From Tetramitus jugosus (taxonomy: Eukaryota; Protista; Heterolobosea): a stretch of 64,000 bases of DNA. Below, one piece after another: positions 43,129-53,614 of this stretch. The stretch's first letter is position 1, and each line of letters opens with the position of its first letter. The stretch covers positions 62,001 through 126,000 of the forward strand of contig OW569359.1 in NCBI GenBank assembly GCA_937625935.1, written 5' to 3'. The notes under the pieces were generated by a model. That model saw only the letters and a program-made list of their open reading frames with translations. It did not search any database and had not been told where the DNA came from. The translations under genes and the position numbers were made by a program.

Positions 43129-43740
43129 TTATAGAGAAGCCATACAGTAAGATACAAATGTACCTTGACCAGGTGGAGAAAAGGTTGGGCATACACTACC
43201 CTGGAATCCCCACAGATTACATAAATAAGGTAACTTATTGGGTCCACATCCTGGTGGTTGAAATGTAACAAAGTATGCATCACATGGATGACCTTCACAA
43301 CCTGCACCTTCAGATGAAGTAAATCTTGTTGTTCTACACAATTGACAGCATTCTGAAGGTGTAGAGACACATAAATTTTGTAATCGACATTGCGGGAGAC
43401 CTGGAAAGACAAGTAATGGTGCATCATTGGGACAAGTGGATACGCAATTACCTCCCACACATTTGGGTGCTTGTTGAGTACAACATGTGGCTTTATTTGT
43501 GCCCTGAGAACATGCATCAATATGGATGGCACCTGATTGAGCTGGTCCACATATGTAACATGGACCATATCCACGAGCAGCTTGAGAGGTACATTCACCT
43601 GCAGCGGAGGTGCGAAAAGTGTGGTGACAGAATTGGGCGCATTGGCTATTTCCTTGTGAATGTGCGGTACACATCAAACCGAGATCCACCACCACTACCA
43701 ATACAACTACCATCAAATACATGATTATTGCCTTCTTCAT
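43129..43740 (-). CDS. Small secreted cysteine-rich protein
   Basis: Signal peptide; over 20 Cys; GNSQCAQFC..AGECTSQAARGYGPCYICGP. Confidence 0.65.
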   Translation of the reverse strand: MKKAIIMYLMVVVLVVVVDLGLMCTAHSQGNSQCAQFCHHTFRTSAAGECTSQAARGYGPCYICGPAQSGAIHIDACSQGTNKATCCTQQAPKCVGGNCVSTCPNDAPLLVFPGLPQCRLQNLCVSTPSECCQLCRTTRFTSSEGAGCEGHPCDAYFVTFQPPGCGPNKLPYLCNLWGFQGSVCPTFSPPGQGTFVSYCMASL

Positions 43741-44257
43741 TCTTTTTGTGTGTCTTGTGTATGATCATTCTACTACCGTGTGTCAAGGTGAGGACACAGA
43801 ACCATTGGAAGTGCGATCTGACATTGAGTCCAAACCCCAAAAAAAGAACTCGCTTGAGAACTAATTTCAATTCATTGTGTGATAATAAACTGGAAATATT
43901 ACTATTAGTAAACAACAAGAGATCTCTTGTTGTAGTTGGTTGTGAAATGATCAGAATGAAAAACGATAACGCTAAAAGAAAGTGAAACAACGAATCCAAA
44001 AAAAATAAAAATAACTCAAAATTATCTTCTTGTTTCGGCCAAAAAATCTTGTTTGATTCCCAACAAAATCAAAAAAATCAACACTGAAAAAAAAAGGAAA
44101 CAACAAAGAAACGTCGTCATCAAGTTGCACCGTAACCCAGTGCGAACACTACTTTCTCCCACCACCACCTCACACATACACACCTTGATTGAGTGCGTAC
44201 CCCTATATGTGTTGTTTCAACTGTTGCTGTACTGCCTTTTTTCTCCAATATAAACAA

Positions 44258-45815
44258 ATGAATCGATTAGCAAAAGCTTTGACACATAATCGCGACAGGC
44301 GATACAAACACCTGTTGGATGTGATGCCCATTTATGTTATCCCCATTTTTCTATTGCTATTTGCAATTGTTGTGGCTGGTGGTGTTGTAATTGCTGTTCT
44401 TGTTGGTCCACCTGTCTATGCCAAGGTGCACACTGAAATTATGAATCCCAAGGTTGTTGGGCCTTTTTTGGTAAGTGATCCATGTGCTCAGACAGTTTGT
44501 TTTGTCGATTTTCGCGCTTTTTTTTCTGGCACCAATTGCTGTTTGCTTACGATTTTGTCTTTTTTTAAAAAAATGATCAACAAATGTACAATAGCTTGGG
44601 CATCGAAACATTAGCTATTCACCAGAAGTTGGCTTCAATAACTTGAATCAAGAGATTACAGTGACTCTCACACTGAGAAATGCCATGTACTCTAGTATCG
44701 TTGGTGATGACAGCATGGGTCTCACAAAGAGTGATTTGCTCGTGACTGCACGACTCGAAGGCAAAGAACCCAAGAGCTCCAATTTCTCCTCCATTCACAA
44801 AATCTCCTCTCAATCAAAGGTCATGAGATGTCCACAGAGACAAGCATACTGTGATCCTATTGTTGTTGTGTATTTGACCTATGTGCCTTATAGTCAATTC
44901 AGAGTTCACATCTCATTGGACAATATGGGTGACTTGTATGAGAATGGAATGATGATGGACTATGCAAAGATTGAGTTTGGTTATGTGACTGACAAATTTT
45001 CGAGATTTGAGGTCGGATGGAGATACACTCTGCTGTTTATCATGATTCCGTTTGCAGTGTTCTTTGTGTTGTACACGTTTGTGAGACAACCGCTGAAATG
45101 GTGGACAACGGAGCAAAAATGGACTGCCATCCTGTTGCTCATTATTATTCTGTACAATAATCCGATTGTTGGATTCCAGTATGTGGTGGACACGTGGGTC
45201 ATTGCGTTCTTGAACACAGTGTTCGTTGCGACATTTATTTGCTATTTATTGTTCACTGTGATTGTGACAACGCATGCTGCGATTAAGCCTGTGGGAGAAC
45301 GAGGCATTTTCTTTTATTTGCCAAAGTTGGTGCTCATTGGTACGATTTGGTTGTTTGTCATTGTTTCGATTACCTATATTCGAGTCAAGGAGAAGAGCGA
45401 TCCATCGTATTCACTCACTGTGGCCAACAGCTTCTCCGCTTATGAAGTCTTGGCCATTATTGTTGGTATTGGAATTGTGCTCTATATTTTGAACATTTTG
45501 TACTATTTGTTGAGAGGTATTGGCTACTTTACAAAGATTGGTGGCATTCCATTGCAATTCAGAAGTAGAATCATTGTTGTCTGGTTGTTGACATTGACTA
45601 TTGTTATCGGAACGATTGTTGATGTGTTCCTCTATGTATTTAGAGAGACATGGAACAATTCTGCTCAATTCCTGTCATACTTTGTCCTGTACAACATGTA
45701 TGCCTTCATTTTGGGCATCTTCTATCTGCCAAGTTTCACTGAGAAGAGAATGGGCCAGGACGAGGATGATCAAGCCTTCATAGCAGAAGACGAGGAACTC
45801 AATCAGATGGAGTAA
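44258..45815 (+). CDS. TMEM181/Wntless-like membrane protein; intron 44471-44594
   Basis: FSRFEVGWRY, W..EQKWTAILL..ILYNNP, FYLPK, YLPS; GTAAGT..TAG intron joins the exons in frame. Confidence 0.8.
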
Positions 45816-45877
45816 GCACTGAACCATCATATCATCACATAACATAAACAATATTGATATAGAGTTATAAATCAATT

Positions 45878-46942
45878 TTACTCTTCTTCTTCATTCTCCT
45901 GCCCTGGTTTTTTCAAATCCTTTCTAACAACTTTCGTTGGTCCCGTCTCGTATCCCAACAGAGCACAATCCCGCACATACAATCCAATAAACTTCATATA
46001 CCACGCGGTCAACTGTTGAAGGTGAATATGGAAATCATCCGAGTTTGTTTCAATTTCCGAGCTCTCAAAATTCTTCACAGTGTCCCGAAGTGCGTCCTGC
46101 ATGATGCGCTGTGCCATATTCGACAATTCAGTCACACTCTTGTCCAAGTGCTTGGAACTCGCAAAACACACCTCTGTAGCTGCCTTGCCCACACCTACGT
46201 TCATCTCTAGGTCAATCATTACTTTTTTCTGATCTTTCGTCTCCACACAATACTTGTTCAACTTCACAGGAACATCACTGTTGTTCAAGAAGCCGTAGCC
46301 TTCGAAAATGGGTTTCACAAAACGTACTTGACCTGGTTCTAGCATCTCATTAAAGATTCCATTGTCAAAATCATGACTTCTGTACTTGCGAAAAACAATG
46401 AGATAACTGTCATCGGGGCACTTGATCAACCTGCGACGGAAAACACCATAAAAGAACATGAGACTCAGTGCACCACCTAGTATGGCACTTGCAACAAACT
46501 TGTTCTTGTCCACAAATTGATCCTCAACGAGCATTTCACTGGAGCTACAATTGTCATACTCTGTCTTGTTTGATCTGAGCCATGAGGACAAGGTTTGCTT
46601 TTTTGTTGTTGTCACCGATGATGATGATGATGACTCTAGAGCTTGACCTTGTTCTTGTTGATTGCTTTGCTCATCAGCAATCGTCTCATTCAAGGTCCTC
46701 CCAGTCAAAAGCTTCTTCTTGTAGGCATAAAAAGCGCGCGAAGGAAACGCTTGAGATTCTTGTCGCATTTTGGCGGTAAGCGCCAGAGAAATTCCGCCAA
46801 ACACACTGCCCAATACTCCGATAAAGACATAGCGGCCTCTCTTGGTTCGACTTTTAATTTCTTCTTCGATGATTTTGGCTTTCTTTGCTAGTTGTTCTGG
46901 TGTTTCTCGTTTGGCTTGTTCAGCCATGCGTTCAAACAACAT
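45878..46942 (-). CDS. SPFH/Band-7 (flotillin-like) membrane protein
   Basis: Two TM segments followed by CPDD.YLIVF..G..RFVKPIFE..V.L..VETKD..ALRDTV..EI..F. Confidence 0.65.
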   Translation of the reverse strand: MLFERMAEQAKRETPEQLAKKAKIIEEEIKSRTKRGRYVFIGVLGSVFGGISLALTAKMRQESQAFPSRAFYAYKKKLLTGRTLNETIADEQSNQQEQGQALESSSSSSVTTTKKQTLSSWLRSNKTEYDNCSSSEMLVEDQFVDKNKFVASAILGGALSLMFFYGVFRRRLIKCPDDSYLIVFRKYRSHDFDNGIFNEMLEPGQVRFVKPIFEGYGFLNNSDVPVKLNKYCVETKDQKKVMIDLEMNVGVGKAATEVCFASSKHLDKSVTELSNMAQRIMQDALRDTVKNFESSEIETNSDDFHIHLQQLTAWYMKFIGLYVRDCALLGYETGPTKVVRKDLKKPGQENEEEE

Positions 46943-47539
46943 GTTTTTTTAAGCTTTGATATGAAAAATGTGAATATAAGGAGGTTTAGAAGGGAGTTGT
47001 TGAATGGTGGTAGTGGTGGTGGAGATGATGAATTGATGCGTAGCTTGCGCGTGGCTAAACAAATGAATCGTGTTTTTTGGTTGGCTTTCTCTTGTCGGTT
47101 TTCACAGAAGATTTCGGTATTATTTTCGCCATTTGTTTTTCCACAACTTGTGCGGACAAAATCAAACCTCTTTGTTATTCCGGAAAGGTTGTTTGGGGTT
47201 GTTTTGGGGTTCTTCACAATAGAAGACTCATTAATTCTGGAACTATTGATATGACTTGTTGTCCACCTCACTTTTTGGAAACAAGTGTTATACATTAGCC
47301 TTGATCTCAACATTATCTGTCAACATTAGGTGAAGTTGGACCCGCGCTCGGTGTGAGTGCCATTACCTTGCACCAAATCGATTTCACTGAGCATGCTCCA
47401 AAGAACTGATTCTGAAGTTGCCAGTTCACTATGCTTGATCCACTTCCCTTCTTAACCAGTTGCTCCCTCACACAAATTCCAATCTTGACCAGCCTCTTGG
47501 CGACGTCAATCTGTTGAGACAGAGAGATTGCAATTCAAA

Positions 47540-47983
47540 TTGTTCTTTCTTAATACAACCATTACCGTTGCTCACTTTATTGTTTATCTTTCTTTCAAAT
47601 AGTTTCTCTTATTCTCACTGTGCCGCTCGAAGATGCCCTTCTCTTTCCTTTCAGTGCCGCTCGAAGATGCATCCACAACTTCGTCAAGAGCTTCACTCTC
47701 AATGCTCATCATTCCCATCAGGAACTCCCGGCTGGTTCTTCTCAACGGTATTCTGACCACCTTTCGGTCTTTCACTCTCACATTGTCGAACCATATGTTG
47801 ATACAACAAGTATCAGCAACACCATCTTGATCATTTCATCTGCAACCGTCATAGCAAGGCATCTCCTGGCATAAACAGCTCTAGGACACCGTATTAAACA
47901 GTGGAGCACACGTTAAAGCTCTTGATTGCACCACACGCATTTGGCAGGATTTCGTAGGTGATGTAAAGAGCTCTGACAATTTC
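47540..47983 (-). mobile_element. 5'-truncated, decayed LINE (zf-RVT C-terminus) just upstream of tRNA-Leu
   Basis: Manual translation EIVRALY / CVWCNQEL*RVLHCLIRCPRA..MG / WFDNVRVKDRKVVRIPLRRTSREFLMGMMSIE is homologous to 51651-52266; tail ATACAACCAT..TTGCTCACTTTATTG is shared with the ORF1-only elements. Confidence 0.8.
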
Positions 47984-48032
47984 GAAACAAAATTTGAACA
48001 TGCAAGATTTTGAATCGGAACCCTATCGAAAT

Positions 48033-48112
48033 GGCGAGGTGGTCGAGTGGTCTAAGACGCTGTGTTAAGGCCGCAGTCCTTCGGGGCGCGGGTTCAAATC
48101 CCGCCCTCGTCA
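48033..48112 (+). tRNA. tRNA-Leu(AAG)
   Basis: Acceptor GGCGAGG/CCTCGTC; anticodon arm CTGTG-TTAAGGC-CGCAG; variable arm CC-TTCG-GG; T arm GCGGG-TTCAAAT-CCCGC. Confidence 0.95.
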
Positions 48113-48165
48113 ACGTTTTGCTCCCAATCTGAGATTTTTTGCGCGCACAAAAAACACAAAACACA

Positions 48166-49185
48166 ATGAAAACAGACAACAACATGGATCATGATCCAAC
48201 AACAACAACCACAACAAGATCCAGACGATCGTCCTCCTCCTCCAAAAACACCACCAACAAAACATCATCCTCACCACCACACCAACAACAACAACGAACC
48301 AGAGACACTGTCATTGTAAAACCCATTCTCTACGGTAACATTGCTCATCATCTAGGTAAAAAAGCCGACCCCACAAAAACTCACAAGTGGACCTGTTATA
48401 TCCGCGGTCTCAATGCTCAAGAAGACTTGTCTTTTATTCGAAAAGTAGTGTTCACGTTGCATGAGAGTTTTGCCAATCCGGTGAGAGAAGTTTTGCAACC
48501 ACCGTGGGAAGTTTCGGAACAAGGATGGGGAGAATTCGATATTCGTATACAAATCTATTTTCAGGATCAGTCGGAGAAACCTGTTGTGGTGGATCATTTG
48601 TTGACATTGTTTCCAAAGATTCAAGTCAATGCTGCAAGTGCTGCTGCTGCTGCTGCGAGTAGTAGTAGTAGTAGTACGACAAATACAGGAGGTGCTACTT
48701 CTGCTGCTTCGAATGCAATTGATGGTGGTGCGAGCAGCATTGGTATTGGTTCAGCAAGCGCGAGTGCTACAGGAGGTCCAATCATGGCCAATTTGGCGCC
48801 AAAAAAGATTTTAGTGACGGAGCATTATGAAGAGTTGTTGTTTGTGAATCCGAAACCGCAATTCTATGAACAATTGATGGCATGTTACACGACGGCTCCT
48901 GCTATTGACACAACAACGGCGACTACAGCGACGACGACGAATAGTGCTACGACAGATGCGATTGCACAGGCGAATATGCAGGGAAGTGCGAAAAAGAAGA
49001 GAAAAAAGGGAACATTTGCACTGTCGAATCAGTCTCAAGTCGAAATTTATGCACCAAAGATGGACGAGAAGAAGGATGTGGATTTATTGACGAGAACGTG
49101 CAAGGCACTCGATTTGAAAATCAATGAATTGAATGCAGAATTGGCCAAAAAGATGGAACAGCAACAGAATGCACTTCGGTCATAG
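48166..49185 (+). CDS. YEATS domain protein (Yaf9/GAS41-like)
   Basis: KPILYGN, THKWTCYIRG, KVVFTLHESF.NP.R, PPWEVSEQGWGEF; C-terminal coiled coil. Confidence 0.9.
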   Translation: MKTDNNMDHDPTTTTTTRSRRSSSSSKNTTNKTSSSPPHQQQQRTRDTVIVKPILYGNIAHHLGKKADPTKTHKWTCYIRGLNAQEDLSFIRKVVFTLHESFANPVREVLQPPWEVSEQGWGEFDIRIQIYFQDQSEKPVVVDHLLTLFPKIQVNAASAAAAAASSSSSSTTNTGGATSAASNAIDGGASSIGIGSASASATGGPIMANLAPKKILVTEHYEELLFVNPKPQFYEQLMACYTTAPAIDTTTATTATTTNSATTDAIAQANMQGSAKKKRKKGTFALSNQSQVEIYAPKMDEKKDVDLLTRTCKALDLKINELNAELAKKMEQQQNALRS

Positions 49186-49447
49186 ATTGTATGATAATTC
49201 TGCAGCATATGATTTTTGATTTGATATTACATGGATCACAATGTAAAGTTTCTGCTGTACAAAACAATATGCACATCGTGTATACGCCCGTGTTACACAT
49301 GTCATCTCTCAAATTTACATGGCAGTTGTTTATTCAAATATATTCTCACGCCTGTGTCGTCAGATTCACATACATGCTTCACTCACTAGCTTGATCTCTC
49401 GATGTTTTCAACCCATTCTATCGTTCATTCTTAAGAATGCGCATCTT

Positions 49448-50405
49448 TTACACAAAATACAAGTTGACAAACAAATGCAACAAGTTGACCCGAAACACGA
49501 AACATGAGCCAATCCACAGAATGAACCATATGGCAATCACAGGGTACAAGAACAAATAATTCACAATCTTTGATGGCACCACAAACGGAACATCAATCAA
49601 TCCTCTCAGCGTCACATACAAATAAGCAGTCAATCCCAGCGCGACACTCGTATTGCCCAACAATACTCCGATCCACCCATGACTCAACAACACATGAATC
49701 GGCAGCAAAAAATAATTGAGCACATAAATGATGAGAAACAGTGGGAAAAATGAGTTGCAATGCACATCGAAACAATACAGCCACTCCATGTTCATCGTAT
49801 TACCCTCTAATCGCTCCAACATTTGCTCCAAACTTGCATTACTACTACTACTATTGATACTATGACTACTACTACTACTAATACTACTATTACTACTACT
49901 ATTACTATTGATATTATTGGTATTGGACAAGTAATGATTGGAAAGGTACCACACACCTGTCGTCACAAACAATCCAATCAACAAAAAATCCACAATGTAC
50001 ATGTACGATATCAATTTTAGGTATTTTGTGAGAGACAGTGTGGAATGAAAGGACAATGAATAGCACAAGCTCACTACAAGAACCATCAAGCTCTCAATGA
50101 GGAAAAATGAAGGGTCATCTCTCGCATAATGGCCCTTGATGGCTAATTTGTGTGTACCAACAATGTGTGGAAGGAATTACAGTGTCAATTTTTGGCGCCA
50201 AAAAATAAAATGAGATAAAAGAAAAACAAGAAACAAACGTACCATTTCGAGCTTTGGCCAATCGAAAGACACGTGAAGGGCTGTAGCATAGCTCTAACAT
50301 CTGATTGAAGGCCAATCGGAAATCAAGTGACCTTGGTTTCCATATTCTTTGAAGATATTGCTTGAATGGTTCAATAGAGGTCTGATGATGTTGCGGTAGC
50401 ATCAT
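49448..50405 (-). CDS. UNC50: UNC-50/Gmh1 family Golgi membrane protein; intron 50143-50242
   Basis: LDFRLAFNQM..L..SP.RV; spliced KGHYARDDPSF; EWLYCFDVHCNSFFP. Confidence 0.9.
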
Positions 50406-50617
50406 TCGTGTGAGATGGTGTTGTTATGGTTGGTGATGTTGAGCACGTGTTTGTTTTTCTCTCGTTTTCGCGATCAAAAAAAAGTTATTCGAAGGGAACG
50501 GAAAAAATGTAGCGAACAGAGAAAGCTCTGCATGAGTGAAGGTTCTCGAGCAGTCTCCTACTTTGTAGCAAATAGGAGCAAGACGCAAAGTGACAAATCA
50601 CAATATTTTCACTGTAT

Positions 50618-51334
50618 TTATGGCAATTCGTCGTATGCTTCCATTGCATCACTCATAAAAACACAGTTTCTTCCCCACTTCCATGGAAGAGCCAATACCA
50701 CTATCTTCAGTAGCTCTGGATCTGTTAGCTTGCATTCGTCCAACTCCAAACGAGATCGAATGAATTGCAATGCATTCCTCGAGTATGAAAGAACATCATC
50801 TTCAAAATTAAGGACCCTCTTGATATCTTTTTGTGCTTTACTTTGAACCGATATATTCCATTGAGTGCTACATCCTTGGTCATCATAGGACCAATGTGTG
50901 ATCACAAGGCCCTCAATCTCAACTGTTGCGTTATAATTGCAGTGATAATCTGCTCTACTCATCTTGATATAGCTGTAGCTCACCTTTTGAAACACCTTGT
51001 CCCATATGAGTTGTTTCACTGTTTGGTTCAATCTCTTCATATCAATGTCAATTCCTCTGCCCCTATCAGACTTGTTCATCCACTTGTTCCATTCCCCTCT
51101 CTTCTTTTCGAGTTCACTCTGTAAAAGTGATTTGACATAGGCGGTTGCATTGTCATGGACTACATCCCAGAATACAAGGAAGAAGAAGAACAAGTCGATG
51201 ATGAAGATGAGGAAACATATGACGGCACGGATTAACTCACTTGGAAAGGTTTGTAACTTGTGTTCTCCATTTGGAGTTTGTTGCAATGACGTTGGTGGAT
51301 CAGTCACCAACGAACTTGTTCTTTTTCTCTTCAT
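50618..51334 (-). CDS. Hypothetical protein with an F-box-like N-terminal motif
   Basis: LQTFPSELIRAVICFL; remainder unrecognised. Confidence 0.45.
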   Translation of the reverse strand: MKRKRTSSLVTDPPTSLQQTPNGEHKLQTFPSELIRAVICFLIFIIDLFFFFLVFWDVVHDNATAYVKSLLQSELEKKRGEWNKWMNKSDRGRGIDIDMKRLNQTVKQLIWDKVFQKVSYSYIKMSRADYHCNYNATVEIEGLVITHWSYDDQGCSTQWNISVQSKAQKDIKRVLNFEDDVLSYSRNALQFIRSRLELDECKLTDPELLKIVVLALPWKWGRNCVFMSDAMEAYDELP

Positions 51335-51650
51335 GAAGAGTTGGATTTGTTGGTATTTGGGTTCTCTGAATTTCTCGAACTCTCTTTTGCCGCGAGACGA
51401 TTACTCTCGAAAAACGAACTGCTTCCCACTTGAACATTTTAACTCTAATTAAATATGTAATAAACGCTAACTAGGAATTCAATCTGAGATGGTTCAAATG
51501 TTCATACTTCTGTTGTTTGGGAAAGAAAATGGGACTGCAACTCGGAATAGAGCGCGATCCCACAAGCCACTTTGTGACTTTGGACAGTGAAGGCTTTCAA
51601 AAATGTGCTTGGAACTGCTTGGATATAAAATCTGGGTCTTCCATGTGTCT

Positions 51651-52266
51651 TTATAAAGAGGAAAACCATGTTTCTTCCAACACAAGAAAGTATGGGTTCC
51701 CCTTCATGAGAACTTCAAATCGCAAGTCCTCATTGATGGCATCCGTTTCTATGCCCATCATTCCTTGCAGCAGTTCACGGCTAGACTTTTTGATTGGTTG
51801 CCTCACAACCTTTCCTTCTTTCAGTCGCACCTCATCAAACCAAACATCGGCGTAGGCAGAGTCCGGGATTCCCATATTCTTGAGCTCATGCCTCACTTTC
51901 ACAGCCAATTGCCTTCTAATCATAATGGCCCTTGGACACCTGATCAAACAATGTAGCACACTTTCGGGCTCACTCTGACACCAGCTGCACATGATCTGTT
52001 CCTCACCAGTGTTGTATAGATATCGTACAACTTCTGCTGTGTGGAGTGTTCCACTGCGTACCTGTGCATGAAACCATTCCAGCTTCCTGTCTATACCATG
52101 GGGGTATTTGAGGAAGCTAAAATCTGCACCACTGTTATTTGCTGCCCTCTGTAGCCAACATCGCTCGTCTTCATCAATTCTTGCACTTCTTTCTTGATCA
52201 AACAGCGACTGTAGATGCGATCTACTTTCCACATGCAGATTCCTTTGTACAAGTCCGTCCGAGCCG
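51651..52266 (-). mobile_element. LINE remnant (reverse-transcriptase C-terminal zf-RVT region), interrupted by a younger retrocopy
   Basis: WFHAQVRSGTLHT...CSWCQSEPESVLHCLIRCP (CX2CX7-8HX4C); outer limits uncertain. Confidence 0.75.
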
Positions 52267-52282
52267 TAGAGAAGGCGGAGAT

Positions 52283-53169
52283 TTTTTTTTTTTTTTTTTT
52301 TTTTTTGTTCCATACAACCATGTGTGCTTGCGCAGCAAGCACACGATTGCTCATTTATTGACTTGTTTTGTGAGTGACGACCCGTAGGGCGTCATTCGCT
52401 CTTCTTCTCTTGTTGTCCCCGACGGTGCATCTACAGGTTGGAATAATCACTCTGGTGAGTGTTTTGGTTGATGCCCTTCATCAAAGAGCGTAGCCTTGTA
52501 GTAGGACCGTCGATGGACACAGAGACATCTGTTGTTTTTTTCTTGTTTTGGGCCTTGTTGCTCATCAGATCACCCAGTGTGATCCTGGCACTCCTCTTCT
52601 TGTTGTCATTGAGTTGTGGACTCTGTATCTCCTTTTCGGAGTCATCATCCACATCCACAATGACTGGTTCGTCCTCAGTCAAACCATACCTTTTGCGTGC
52701 AGCAGCCAGCGCCAATGCAGCAATTTCCTTTTTCACTCTGGCGAACACTGGAGAAGTGGCATTCACTCGCTCCAGAATTTGCCGGTTCTCAGCACTGAGC
52801 TGTACAACAGGCACTGATGGCAGTGGTGTTGCTACAGTCCTCTGTTCTTCTGCCTCCACTAACTCAGGAGTGGTCTCCATCCTAGCAGTGGCTTGGGCAA
52901 CTACTTGTTCCGGCATTGGTACCGGTTTGTTGCCCCCTTGACCCTTTGTCTTTCCTAATTCCTTGGTGAGTTCTGTGACCTGTCGACGCAGTCCGTCAAC
53001 CACCGTCAGCAGCTCCTCGTACATCTTGGTCAACCTCTTGTTGACAGCCTTGAGAGGATCATGTGGTCTCTCGACGTATCGAGTGACCGTGGCCTTTACC
53101 TTGTTCTCTCCACTGAGCACTGCTCGTGCATAGGTTTCGTCACCCATGACCACGAAAGCAGTGTCACGC
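52283..53169 (-). mobile_element. 5'-truncated ORF1-only retrocopy with poly(A) and perfect TSD
   Basis: TAGAGAAGGCGGAGAT at 52267-52282 and 53170-53185; T25 run 52282-52306; colinear with 29401-30290. Confidence 0.92.
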
Positions 53170-53614
53170 TAGAGAAGGCGGAGATAGCTCGAAATTCAAC
53201 AATGAATGTCTACGTTCATACAATGGTGGAACCACCTCTTCCCATTTCGAATAGAGAAGTTAAGCACCATCTGGCTGAGTTAGTATTGAGATAGGAGACT
53301 ACTCGAGAACCCTCAGTAATGTAGGCTTTTGCTCCAAACCAAATATGTTGTTGGTGAATACACAAAGGCAGTGGTTTTGGGTATTATTGGTCGTTGGTTG
53401 GTCTATGTACGGAATTTCAGAGAAGCCATCATCCTGAACACTTGATTCGAAAACTCATTGGTTATGTCACGAGGCTATCACAAAAGACGTCTGATGTTAG
53501 TTAGCTCTTGATGATTGTCAGCAAGTTTTTAATTAACTTTAACAAGTTATAGTTTTTTTTAGTTTCATGGAATGTTTGGTGAATGATTGATACAACGAAA
53601 GAAAAAACAACTAC

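Noticed and set aside
51651-52313. ORF-track protein starting MEQKKKKKKK
   Set aside because: The poly-K N-terminus is the poly(A) tail of the inserted retrocopy read in frame, not a real gene start
53380-53470. A-box-like TGGTCGTTGGTTGGTCTA and GATTCGAAA resembling a degenerate tRNA near the LINE remnant
   Set aside because: I could not fold a cloverleaf; no acceptor or T stem
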